Numbered from the stretch's first letter, positions 47,767 to 56,028 are shown. The stretch: 64,000 nucleotides of DNA from a virus (IMGVR_UViG_3300033549_000065:64001-128000), one strand, 5' to 3'. Numbers and translations are program-made. Notes: generated by a model from the letters alone, not told the origin.

Positions 47767-49137
47767 ATGGCAAGACCTAGTCCTTTTGCATGGGATTATA
47801 CAAGAACTTCGGGGATGGTTTACACAACAAACAAAATAACTGCAACTGAGTGGATTCGGTTGCAGACAAATATAAATGATGTAAGGGCATATGTTGGATT
47901 ATCAGCATATGCTTTTACAACTCCTGTTGCTGGTAATGATTTTACTGCTGCTTTGTGGAATGAAGCTATTGATGCTTTAGATGATATGAGCGCTTATTAC
48001 ACAGAGACATGTCCTAGTACTCATGTTGCTGGCGATAGAGTAATGGCCTCTTATTTTGAAGCTATTAAAGATTGCTTAAATTCTGTATCTATGAGTTTTG
48101 CTCAATTCAGCTTTAAAACAAATAATACAAGTACGGGAAGTTCTGGCTCTACCAGTGTTAGACTACCTTTGACTTCAGGAGGTACATATAATTTTATTGT
48201 GGATTGGGGAGACGGAAACACCGACACAATAACGGTTTGGAATCAAGCTGAAAGAACGCATGTATATTCAGTGGCTGGAACTTATACTGTTAAAATTACA
48301 GGTGTTTGTATTGGATGGATTTTTAATAATACAGGAGATAAATTAAAATTGCTTGATGTTCAGCAATGGGGAGAAGAATTTAGATTAGAAGAAGTTATTG
48401 GAGGAGGATATTTTTATGGTTGTGAAAATATGCAAGTGTCTGCTTCTGATTCTTTGGATTTAACAGGATTAGATTCTCTTATATTAGCTTTTACAGACTG
48501 TGATGCTTTAACAACAGATGCTTCTATTGCGAATATTGATGTGTCAACTGTTACAAGTATGCAATCAATATTCGCTTTAAGTGACAATTTTAATGTTGAT
48601 TTGTCCTCTTGGGATGTCTCTAATGTTACAAATATGAGTAATATGTTTAATTCTTGTACTTCTTTTAATCAAAATTTAAATTCTTGGAATGTAGGAAGCG
48701 TAAGTGATTTTGAATATATGTTTTATTTTTGCACTTCTTTTAACCAAAATTTAGCAAGTTGGGACACTTCAAGTGCTACTACTATGCAAAGTATGTTTCA
48801 GAGTTGTTCGTCATTTAACCAAAACATTTCGGGTTGGAATACATCAAACGTTACAAATATGAGGTATATGTTTCAATATGCTTATGCTTTTGAACAAAAT
48901 CTTGGCACTTGGGACATAAGTAATGTTACAGACATGACATATATGTTTAGAGGTGTTACTCTTCAAACAGCAAATTATGATGCTCTGTTAATAGGTTGGG
49001 GTGCTCAATCCGTTCAAAGCGGAGTAGTTTTTCATGGGGGTAATAGTAAATATACAGCAGGAGGAGTAGCAGAAGCAGCAAGAACACATTTAATAAGTGT
49101 ACATGGATGGGTAATTACAGATGGTGGAGCAGTATAA
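47767..49137 (+). CDS. DUF285 / BspA-like repeat protein, candidate receptor-binding protein
   Basis: About six 25 aa repeats W[DN][VT]S.VT.M..MF..C..FNQ.L..; PKD-like VDWGDG...H.Y..AG.Y.V. Confidence 0.85.
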   Translation: MARPSPFAWDYTRTSGMVYTTNKITATEWIRLQTNINDVRAYVGLSAYAFTTPVAGNDFTAALWNEAIDALDDMSAYYTETCPSTHVAGDRVMASYFEAIKDCLNSVSMSFAQFSFKTNNTSTGSSGSTSVRLPLTSGGTYNFIVDWGDGNTDTITVWNQAERTHVYSVAGTYTVKITGVCIGWIFNNTGDKLKLLDVQQWGEEFRLEEVIGGGYFYGCENMQVSASDSLDLTGLDSLILAFTDCDALTTDASIANIDVSTVTSMQSIFALSDNFNVDLSSWDVSNVTNMSNMFNSCTSFNQNLNSWNVGSVSDFEYMFYFCTSFNQNLASWDTSSATTMQSMFQSCSSFNQNISGWNTSNVTNMRYMFQYAYAFEQNLGTWDISNVTDMTYMFRGVTLQTANYDALLIGWGAQSVQSGVVFHGGNSKYTAGGVAEAARTHLISVHGWVITDGGAV

Positions 49138-49142
49138 AATAT

Positions 49143-49210
49143 ATATTTAAATATGAAATATTTTAAACTCGTATTTAAATATTAAAATTTTTTCGGAGGT
49201 ATTTAAATAT
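49143..49210. promoter_or_regulatory. Triple box, 28 bp period, before the lysis cassette
   Basis: Boxes at 49143, 49171, 49199; the third sits between an SD and an ATG. Confidence 0.85.
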
Positions 49211-49376
49211 GGGAAAAATGAAAAATTCACAAAAAAAATCAGAGTTAAAAAAATCAAGAGTTGCTTTAAGTAGCGAGTGTGAAAAGTGCATGGGCTGTGA
49301 AAAAGGCAAAAAATATTTAGAAAACTTCAATGTTAAGCATGAAGGTAAAGGCGTTGTTTGTTTTAAATTAAGTTAA
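49209..49376 (+). CDS. 55 aa basic Cys-containing protein (not in ORF track)
   Basis: SD GGAGGT at 49195, ATG 49209; MGKMKNSQKK...CEKCMGC...VVCFKLS. Confidence 0.6.
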   Translation: MGKMKNSQKKSELKKSRVALSSECEKCMGCEKGKKYLENFNVKHEGKGVVCFKLS

Positions 49377-49390
49377 AGGATGGAGATATC

Positions 49391-49783
49391 ATGACTCATG
49401 AATGTCAAAAAGTAGAAATAATTGAAACAATTAAAAGAGATATAGAAAATCTATACACTATTAAAGATATCGTAATTGAATTAAAAACCTTAGTTACAAT
49501 GCAGATTGAGCAGAATAAGAAGCAAGACGACATTCTCAAGCAGCAAAGTGACTTGCTGATTAAAATTACAGAAACCGTAGGCCAACAAGGAGAAGTGTTA
49601 AAAAAACTGACTGATAAATATGAAAACCTTGATAATAAAATCGTTCAAAAAGATTTTGATGAATTAAAAGAAAATTCTATTACTTTCAATTCAATATTTC
49701 GAGTTATTCTTGATAAGGCATTGCCTCCAATCTTAGTAGCAGGACTCACATATCTTGTGTTAGAACTCGTAAAAAAAGGATGA
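49391..49783 (+). CDS. Coiled-coil protein with C-terminal TM helix (XhlA / holin-like)
   Basis: Heptad-rich N-terminus, hydrophobic C-terminus, position in the lysis cassette. Confidence 0.55.
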   Translation: MTHECQKVEIIETIKRDIENLYTIKDIVIELKTLVTMQIEQNKKQDDILKQQSDLLIKITETVGQQGEVLKKLTDKYENLDNKIVQKDFDELKENSITFNSIFRVILDKALPPILVAGLTYLVLELVKKG

Positions 49784-49788
49784 TTTAA

Positions 49789-50007
49789 ATGTTAAAAAAT
49801 CTTAATAAATCAGATTTTGAGAAATTATTATTTGGTTTCTTATTACTTTGCGTTGTAATTGTTGCTTGTGTTAAATATTTCCAAGTTGGTGATGTTTCTA
49901 GTAATTGGGTAAATGTAATTACTATAATTGCAGGATTCTTTACTGTCAGGAAGGTTGTTTCTTATTTCAAAAAAACAGAATCAAAAGAAGATAAAAGTGA
50001 AATTTAA
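49789..50007 (+). CDS. Putative holin (2 TM)
   Basis: 72 aa, two hydrophobic helices, charged C-tail, directly before the endolysin. Confidence 0.65.
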   Translation: MLKNLNKSDFEKLLFGFLLLCVVIVACVKYFQVGDVSSNWVNVITIIAGFFTVRKVVSYFKKTESKEDKSEI

Positions 50008-50019
50008 GGATGTGATTTT

Positions 50020-50781
50020 ATGAGTTATAGAGTAATTAATGCTTTTATAACCCCAAACAAATTTTCAAGACCTCAAATCCAATTAAAAAAAATCAAAGCT
50101 ATTGTAATTCATTACGTAGCAAACACTAATACAAGTGCGATTGCAAACCGCAACTTCTTTGATAATAGAAAAGATGGCAATAGCGGTTTCGGTTCGGCAC
50201 ATGAAATAATTGGAATTAATGGCGACATTCTTGTATGTGTACCCGACAATGAAATAACTTATAACTGTGGAAGTAAAACATATACTGAACGGTGTTTAAA
50301 AGAACTTGGGAAAAATCCTAATTATAGCACCTATGGTATTGAATGTACTCATATCAAGGATGATGGCACAATGTCAGAAAATACTTATAATACTTTGGTT
50401 GAAAGATGTTATGATTTATGCAAGAAGTATAAATTAAACTCTGAAAATCTATGGTTACATAAAGAGGTTGTTGGATGGAAACCGTGTCACAAATGGTTTG
50501 TATTAAATCCTGCTGAGTGGGCTAAATTTAAAGCTATAGTACAGAAAAAACTTGATAATGAAGTCAAGATGGAAGTAGTTAAAGCAATAAATAAGGAGGT
50601 TGAAATGATGTTTAAAGATTTCGAGACAGTTTCAGACTATGCGAAGCCAGCAGTTGAGAAGTTGGAAAAACTCAATATATTTAAAGGTGATGAAAGCGAC
50701 AATTTTAATCCGCAAAAAAGTGTATCAAGACAAGAGCTTGCTGTTGTTATAGATAGAGTATTAAAATTATTCGGTAAATAA
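50020..50781 (+). CDS. Endolysin: Amidase_2 plus C-terminal SLH domain
   Basis: IVIHY, SAHE, GIEC, HKEV...CH amidase motifs; FKD...YA..AV..L...I.KG...F.P...SRQE.A SLH motif. Confidence 0.9.
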   Translation: MSYRVINAFITPNKFSRPQIQLKKIKAIVIHYVANTNTSAIANRNFFDNRKDGNSGFGSAHEIIGINGDILVCVPDNEITYNCGSKTYTERCLKELGKNPNYSTYGIECTHIKDDGTMSENTYNTLVERCYDLCKKYKLNSENLWLHKEVVGWKPCHKWFVLNPAEWAKFKAIVQKKLDNEVKMEVVKAINKEVEMMFKDFETVSDYAKPAVEKLEKLNIFKGDESDNFNPQKSVSRQELAVVIDRVLKLFGK

Positions 50782-50796
50782 TCGGAGGATAAAAAA

Positions 50797-51150
50797 ATGA
50801 GTTTAACAAATGTTTTAGATATTGTTTTGAATTGTAGTTTTTTGGTAATAGCCTTAATGTTGATTTTTATACTATTTGAAATTATTCAAAGGATTATTGT
50901 AAAATCAGATAACATAACCAAAGAAGAACTAGAATTAATAGAACTCGGAGTAAAACAAGCTGTTGAATATGCAGAACAACTTTATAAGAATGATAAGCTA
51001 GTAGATAGATATAAAATAGCTTTAGATTACATATTTTTAATTACACAAAAAGCTGGCTATGATTATGGAAATTGGTTAAAAGTGATAAAAGGGCTAATTG
51101 AATCTCAAGTATTCAAATTGCCGAAGACTCATGAACCATCCGTAAACTAG
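50797..51150 (+). CDS. LL-H family holin-like protein
   Basis: N-terminal TM, AVEYAEQLY...IESQV pattern. Confidence 0.6.
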   Translation: MSLTNVLDIVLNCSFLVIALMLIFILFEIIQRIIVKSDNITKEELELIELGVKQAVEYAEQLYKNDKLVDRYKIALDYIFLITQKAGYDYGNWLKVIKGLIESQVFKLPKTHEPSVN

Positions 51151-51158
51151 CTAATATT

Positions 51159-51191
51159 AAGGGAAACTTCGGTTTCCCTTATATTTTTTTT
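51159..51191 (+). terminator. Intrinsic terminator ending the late operon
   Basis: AAGGGAAAC-TTCG-GTTTCCCTT (cUUCGg loop) plus ATATTTTTTTT. Confidence 0.9.
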
Positions 51192-51291
51192 GTCTAAAAT
51201 TTAAAAGAATATTGCAATAAACCGAGAAATATAATAAAATAATATTTAAATAAATAAATTTGTCAATATATTCATAAAAGTAGGTGATTAT

Positions 51292-51579
51292 TTGAATGGA
51301 ATGGATATGTTAAGGATTTTAAAAGAATTCACAAGTGAAACAAAAGCACTTGAAGAAAAGACATTGCAAGTATTTGGAGAAAATTTACGCTTAGTAAGAA
51401 AAGAAAAAGGGATTACTCAAGAGGAACTTGCAACTCTTATAGGACTTACAAGAACAAGCGTTACAAATATGGAGTCGGGAAAACAAGACACTCCGATTTC
51501 AACGATGGTAAAAATAACTAGAGCATTAGGATGTGACATCATTGACTTATTTCCAAACAGCAAGGAGTATATAAAATGA
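51292..51579 (+). CDS. XRE-family HTH regulator
   Basis: LRLVRKEKGITQEELATLIGLTRTSVTNMESGK. Confidence 0.9.
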   Translation: MNGMDMLRILKEFTSETKALEEKTLQVFGENLRLVRKEKGITQEELATLIGLTRTSVTNMESGKQDTPISTMVKITRALGCDIIDLFPNSKEYIK

Positions 51580-51842
51580 AATATTATTATATGAAAGAGG
51601 CTTTTACAAGAGGGATTAAAGAAATTGATGGAGTTGAACACTTAGGATGGATAGTAGAAATTAGATATCGTCCATCAGGAGAACGCTATATCACTGGATA
51701 TTATAAGAAGAAGTTTATTGTTAACACCTTAGAAGAAGCTAAATTGAAGTTTGAAGAAATGAGAAATGAACAGATTGTAAAGGCACAAAAGCAAATAGCA
51801 AGATTGCAAAATGCTGAAATGAAATTTAATAAGAAAGGATGA
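51576..51842 (+). CDS. Hypothetical protein, paralogue of 52156-52443
   Basis: MKYYYMKEAFTRGIKEIDG versus MKYFYTKNAIEKGIRIIDG. Confidence 0.6.
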   Translation: MKYYYMKEAFTRGIKEIDGVEHLGWIVEIRYRPSGERYITGYYKKKFIVNTLEEAKLKFEEMRNEQIVKAQKQIARLQNAEMKFNKKG

Positions 51843-51848
51843 AAATTT

Positions 51849-52034
51849 ATGGGATGCCCAAAATGCAAAAGCAAAAATGTATTTCATACTCACTATCCGA
51901 ACTTAGTTAAACATCAAGGAAGAGTAATTGATAGAAGTCCTCAATATTCATGCCTAGATTGTAGCTGTAAATGGGATATAATTATTCGCAGTCCTAGTAT
52001 AAGCCATATTAAAAAAGTACCGAATAAAGGCTAG
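51849..52034 (+). CDS. Small zinc-ribbon protein
   Basis: CPKC...CLDC. Confidence 0.55.
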   Translation: MGCPKCKSKNVFHTHYPNLVKHQGRVIDRSPQYSCLDCSCKWDIIIRSPSISHIKKVPNKG

Positions 52035-52155
52035 TCCCGTTCGATTATAAGTGTATTAAGCAAGGGAGAGAAGTGAAATTTGAAATTGGGTAATTGGTTA
52101 TAATAAAATAATACTTAAATAAATCAATTTGTCAATAAAGATGGGAGGTAGCTAT

Positions 52156-52443
52156 ATGAAATATTTTTATACGAAGAATGCCATAGAAAAGGGTATCAGA
52201 ATAATTGATGGAGAAATATATGATACTGGAAAGTATGTCTCAGAAGAAAATATTGTAAAATTTAGAATAGAAAAGGGAAGAAAAATTCCTATTAAATTCT
52301 ATGACATTAAATACTGTTTTAAGAATAAAAAAGAGGCACTTGCTAGTTTTGAGCAAATAAAAAGTATAAAGATAGAAAGAATTCAGAATAGATTAGAAAG
52401 ACTTACAAATCTTAAACCCTATATTGCAGAAGATGAGGTATGA
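52156..52443 (+). CDS. Hypothetical protein, paralogue of 51576-51842
   Basis: SD GGAGGT before ATG 52156 (track start 52129). Confidence 0.6.
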   Translation: MKYFYTKNAIEKGIRIIDGEIYDTGKYVSEENIVKFRIEKGRKIPIKFYDIKYCFKNKKEALASFEQIKSIKIERIQNRLERLTNLKPYIAEDEV

Positions 52444-52526
52444 ATACTTATATGAATATTACAGGAGCATTAATATTGTTGGGCGTTGTTTTAATTTTAT
52501 TTAAAAAATAAAGGAGGGAGATTAAG

Positions 52527-52964
52527 TTGGATTGTGAAATCGGGGAAAAGGTAACTCTTATATATGATAATAAGCTTGTAGAAGGATTTATACAAGACTA
52601 TGACATTGAATCGGCAGAATATAGAGTAAGTGACATGGAAACAGAAGATGAAATCACTAAAGTAAAATATTCTGTTTGGATTTATTATGACATGATTTTA
52701 AAAGGTGGACTTGATGAAATAAATTGTAATTGCTGTGAAAAATTAAAAATATTAATTAAAAATATTTCAGAAGAGTTGAAAGACATTATTGTAACAATGA
52801 ATTCAGATGATAAAAAGCTGAGACAAATTTTAGAAAAAATAGAGGAGGTAAAAAATGAAAACTATTGCTGTAGTGAATCAAAAGGGCGGTGTGGGCAAGA
52901 CGACAACTGCGATAAACCTAGCGAGTTACTTAGCTCAAATGGGGAAACGTACAGTTCTACTTGA
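52527..52964 (+). CDS. Hypothetical protein
   Basis: Good SD (GGAGG); 3' end overlaps parA by 110 nt. Confidence 0.5.
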   Translation: MDCEIGEKVTLIYDNKLVEGFIQDYDIESAEYRVSDMETEDEITKVKYSVWIYYDMILKGGLDEINCNCCEKLKILIKNISEELKDIIVTMNSDDKKLRQILEKIEEVKNENYCCSESKGRCGQDDNCDKPSELLSSNGETYSST

Positions 52965-53676
52965 TTTTGATGCACAAGGTAACTCTACTAGAGGGTTAGG
53001 AGTAAACTTTGAACACACTATTTATGAATGCTTGACATCAGATGATATGTTGGAGGAATATATATGCGATACTGAAATTAAAAATCTACATGTTATTCCA
53101 GCAAATATTTTATTGGCAAATGCAGAGATTGAGCTTAGTACAAGCATAGGGAGGGAAACAATTTTAAAAGAAAAACTGGAAAGTTTAGAAAAAGCATATG
53201 AAATTGATTATATGATAATTGACTGTAATCCTGCTCTGGGATTATTTACCGTTAATGCTCTTACTTGTTCAAATGAAATAATAATACCTATCTCTGCCGG
53301 AATATTTGCTTTAGAAGGTATTGAGCAGTTAATTAATTTAATAAATATTGTAAAAAAGAAGCTTAATCCAACATTAAATATTTTAGGAGTGCTTGTAACT
53401 AAATATGACGCTCGAACAAATTTATCAAAGGAATTTCACACAGAGTTAAAAGAAATTTTTGACAAACAAGTGTTCGAAACTGTAATACGTTCAAACATAA
53501 AGTTAAATGAGGCTCAATCAGCAGAATTGCCAATAGGACTTTATGATAATAAATGTGCAGGAGCGAAGGAATATTTAGATTTAGCAAAGGAAGTAATTGA
53601 TAGGATGGAGGGGAAGAGTTATGCCAAGAAGACAAGTGCCAAAAGCACAGGTAGAAAAAAAAGTTGTAAGAGGTAA
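52855..53676 (+). CDS. parA: ParA / Soj partition ATPase
   Basis: NQKGGVGKTTT deviant Walker A, DFDAQGN, IIDCNP, IRSNIKLNEA. Confidence 0.95.
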   Translation: MKTIAVVNQKGGVGKTTTAINLASYLAQMGKRTVLLDFDAQGNSTRGLGVNFEHTIYECLTSDDMLEEYICDTEIKNLHVIPANILLANAEIELSTSIGRETILKEKLESLEKAYEIDYMIIDCNPALGLFTVNALTCSNEIIIPISAGIFALEGIEQLINLINIVKKKLNPTLNILGVLVTKYDARTNLSKEFHTELKEIFDKQVFETVIRSNIKLNEAQSAELPIGLYDNKCAGAKEYLDLAKEVIDRMEGKSYAKKTSAKSTGRKKSCKR

Positions 53677-53965
53677 GGCAGGAAGGTTCGAATCAACCAA
53701 AGTAACAAGCAAAGGAATACTGGATGGCCTTAAGGCCGTTAATGAAGAGCAAGTTAAAACTCCAAAAAAGACTACTAAAACAAAAATGATTGAACCTATT
53801 TCATTAGAAGACAAAAAGGCCAGAACCTTTATGCTCTGCCTTAAGCAGACAAAAGAATTATTTGAATTACTATCTCAAAGAAAAATGATAAGATTTACCG
53901 CTGATTACTCAGAAATAGTCAGAGATGCAATTGATGAATATTATAAGAAACATAAGGAGGGTTGA
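53621..53965 (+). CDS. Putative RHH centromere-binding partner of ParA
   Basis: Basic flexible N-terminus plus C-terminal RTFML...YSEIVRDAIDEY; directly after parA. Confidence 0.6.
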   Translation: MPRRQVPKAQVEKKVVRGKAGRFESTKVTSKGILDGLKAVNEEQVKTPKKTTKTKMIEPISLEDKKARTFMLCLKQTKELFELLSQRKMIRFTADYSEIVRDAIDEYYKKHKEG

Positions 53966-54215
53966 TATGAAAGTTATACTGATAGATGATAATGAAAATC
54001 AAACAGAGATAGAACACTTTATATTAGCAGGATTACCAGATGGAGAAGAAGGAAATTGCATGTTTGCAATGAATAAGGTTGATACTTATTTTGTAGAATT
54101 TATCGTAGCTGACCTTACTCAGAAATTAGCAGAAGGGAGATTCGGGAAAGTTGAAAAAGAGCCTCATTCTGAATGTGATTGTTCTGTTTGTGCAAAAAAT
54201 AGAACTTTAAATTAA
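53925..54215 (+). CDS. Hypothetical protein
   Basis: Probable start MKVILID after SD AAGGAGG; C-terminal CxCxxC. Confidence 0.55.
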   Translation: MQLMNIIRNIRRVDMKVILIDDNENQTEIEHFILAGLPDGEEGNCMFAMNKVDTYFVEFIVADLTQKLAEGRFGKVEKEPHSECDCSVCAKNRTLN

Positions 54216-54217
54216 CT

Positions 54218-54263
54218 CAAAACAAAAAAGATACCGAGTTAAAAAGGTATCTTTTTTGTTTTG
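54218..54263. terminator. Bidirectional terminator at the strand switch
   Basis: Perfect 18 bp inverted repeat CAAAACAAAAAAGATACC / GGTATCTTTTTTGTTTTG between convergent genes. Confidence 0.9.
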
Positions 54264-54332
54264 AAAAAATGTTTGCAGACATTAATTACTAAAATTTAGC
54301 ATTGAACACCTATTAATATTTTAGTATATATT

Positions 54333-54836
54333 TTACAAATAATCAATAAACATAGGTTTAAAAGAATTTATTAATCCTTCTAAATAATATTTATATCTTG
54401 TCCTCATTAATGTCTGGTCAATAAGTATACCGTTATGAGCCTCAATGTCCCGTTCATTAATACTTTTCTTGTCTGTGGCATCTTTATACCCTATGAAGTC
54501 TTTAATGTCCATAAAGTACGTTCTCGTGCTCTTACGGAAGTTAAATAGGAATCCTGCTTTGATACCATCATACACAGAAGCTTTATTCAGTTCTTCAATT
54601 TGATGGTCTTTAATCATGGAATACGGAATTGATGTGCCTTGCGTTGACTTAAGTTCGAGGAGGATTAGAACACCTCTTGTGAATAGTAAACAGTCAAATT
54701 TGTTTTTTGGAGTAAATCTTACGTTATCTGAGTCGGAGCTTGACCAGCCAGAAGCAGAGTCTTGAAGTCTGTAATAATAAACGTTTGGTGGAACGCTTTT
54801 CTTAATATCCTGCTCAAAAAGTTTCCCTTGATTCAT
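54333..54836 (-). CDS. recU: RecU-like Holliday junction resolvase
   Basis: GKLFE...D...ELKST...IKDHQI..L PD-(D/E)xK pattern. Confidence 0.75.
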   Translation of the reverse strand: MNQGKLFEQDIKKSVPPNVYYYRLQDSASGWSSSDSDNVRFTPKNKFDCLLFTRGVLILLELKSTQGTSIPYSMIKDHQIEELNKASVYDGIKAGFLFNFRKSTRTYFMDIKDFIGYKDATDKKSINERDIEAHNGILIDQTLMRTRYKYYLEGLINSFKPMFIDYL

Positions 54837-54883
54837 TTTATCACCCTATATTTAATTATTATGATATAAGAAAACTAGGATAA

Positions 54884-54917
54884 ATAAAACAGGAGGGTCT
54901 ATCCTTTGCCCCCCTGT
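54884..54917 (-). terminator. Terminator downstream of the tRNA-like modules
   Basis: On the - strand: ACAGGGGGG...CCCTCCTGT plus TTTATTT. Confidence 0.7.
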
Positions 54918-54974
54918 CATTTGATATATATAATAATATCACCTGTACTGCTTTTTGTCATTAACGGCATTTAA

Positions 54975-55078
54975 TCTACTGTTTTAACTCTCAGTGCGTT
55001 CGCTTTACCACTTAGCTACAATCCCATATTGGAGGGATTGGTAGGACTCGAACCTACGATAACGCAAATGACAGTAGA
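54975..55078 (-). ncRNA. Circularly permuted tRNA-like module B (Y RNA / YrlA-like topology)
   Basis: - strand order: T-arm GTAGG-TTCGAGT-CCTAC, acceptor 3' CAATCCC-T-CCA, ATAT, acceptor 5' GGGATTG, D-arm GCT-AAGTGGTAA-AGC; closed by TGCGTT/AACGCA and TCTACTGT/ACAGTAGA. Confidence 0.8.
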
Positions 55079-55135
55079 GGTCGAGATAATGAACCGCAGT
55101 TTTATGAACTTGTTGAGGTACAACTTAAACTTGTC

Positions 55136-55225
55136 AACGTATGCGTCTGCCATTTCGCCACTCTCTGTTAAAGTCAGAGAGGAAGGGGTTGAACCTTCAA
55201 CGGCTATTTGCCGTTTAAATACGTT
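55136..55225 (-). ncRNA. Circularly permuted tRNA-like module A with long variable arm
   Basis: - strand: AACGTAT, V-arm ACGGC-AAATA-GCCGT, T-arm GAAGG-TTCAACC-CCTTC, CTCTCTG-ACTTTAA-CAGAGAG, D-arm GCG-AAATGGCAGA-CGC, ATACGTT. Confidence 0.8.
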
Positions 55226-55290
55226 TTAATTAAATTCAACTTAAACTTCAACTTGCCTCTGGTATATAAACGCTTTTTCAAGCGGAAATA

Positions 55291-56028
55291 TTATGACAAT
55301 ATAAAATCAAAAATCTTCTTTCCAACGTACATGTCGTCAACCTCAGTAGTATTAGCTAGTTCTCTCGCTGATTTAACAGCAACAGTGAATTTCCCAAGCT
55401 TTTCTAAGATTTCTTTCTTTCTCTCTGCTGGCATTGCGCCTGTTGACTTAATTGTGTCCCAATATCCAATAACCTCATCAAATGAAGCCAATTCAACTTG
55501 TGCTCTGTGCTCTTTAGTAGCTGGTGACAGCTCTATAGGCTTGTGAATTTTCTTTGTCTTATGAGTGACAGAAGCCTCTGTCTTATAAATTCCAGCTTTT
55601 GTGTCTTCTACCCAATCCTCTGACTCATCCTGTATAGGTATGTTTTCAATAAATGAACGGATGTCATGGATTTCTTTCTCTAAAAACAACAAAAATGGTG
55701 TCGGTACATCATTGAGGATAAGTTCTCCATCAATTACGATATCAGCATAAGCTCGGGTATTACCCCAATCCTTAGTAGCTGTGATATCCAACAAGCTTGT
55801 TTTTGCTCTTGTGAAGTTCATCAGATGTTCAATAGCGCTCATTTGAACCTTTTTCTTTTCATTCGGGAATTCGTCACCTTCCTCATCCTTTTTACGGTAA
55901 TTTTTCATGAAGCCATTGAATAAATCTGGCTTGTTTGAAATTCTATGAAGAGCAGTGATTTCTTCATGTACGCGATTTTTTACTTCTTTTTCAATCGCTA
56001 TTACTTGACATACTTTTTTGTTTGGCAT
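55291..56028 (-). CDS. Conserved helical protein of unknown function
   Basis: 245 aa; motifs QVIAIEK, TATKDWGN, P..FLLFLEK, H.AQV resemble a widespread uncharacterised bacterial family (recalled, not searched). Confidence 0.75.
   Translation of the reverse strand: MPNKKVCQVIAIEKEVKNRVHEEITALHRISNKPDLFNGFMKNYRKKDEEGDEFPNEKKKVQMSAIEHLMNFTRAKTSLLDITATKDWGNTRAYADIVIDGELILNDVPTPFLLFLEKEIHDIRSFIENIPIQDESEDWVEDTKAGIYKTEASVTHKTKKIHKPIELSPATKEHRAQVELASFDEVIGYWDTIKSTGAMPAERKKEILEKLGKFTVAVKSARELANTTEVDDMYVGKKIFDFILS

Noticed and set aside
47767-49137. Diversity-generating retroelement target
   Set aside because: No reverse transcriptase and no adenine-only-mismatch template / variable repeat pair seen in the window
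52440-52511. 23 aa hydrophobic peptide (MNTYMNITGALILLGVVLILFKK) as an arbitrium-type signal
   Set aside because: No mature peptide after the hydrophobic stretch and no adjacent TPR receptor gene; may be a real micro-membrane protein but is unsupported
52855-52964. Cys-rich C-terminus of ORF 52527-52964 as a functional overlap
   Set aside because: It is the alternate frame of the conserved ParA Walker A region, most simply a read-through by-product
54975-55225. Conventional tRNA genes, or a tRNA with an intron (5' half of A joined to 3' half of B)
   Set aside because: CAGAGAG cannot pair with CAATCCC; halves pair only in the permuted within-module order, and no anticodon loop is formed
54975-55225. 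Two-piece (permuted) tmRNA
   Set aside because: No G3-U70 alanine identity pair, full D-stems are present, and I found no convincing tag reading frame
55029-55546. + strand ORFs 55029-55229 and 55208-55546
   Set aside because: Antisense shadows of the structured RNA and the 245 aa gene; no SD, wrong strand for the region
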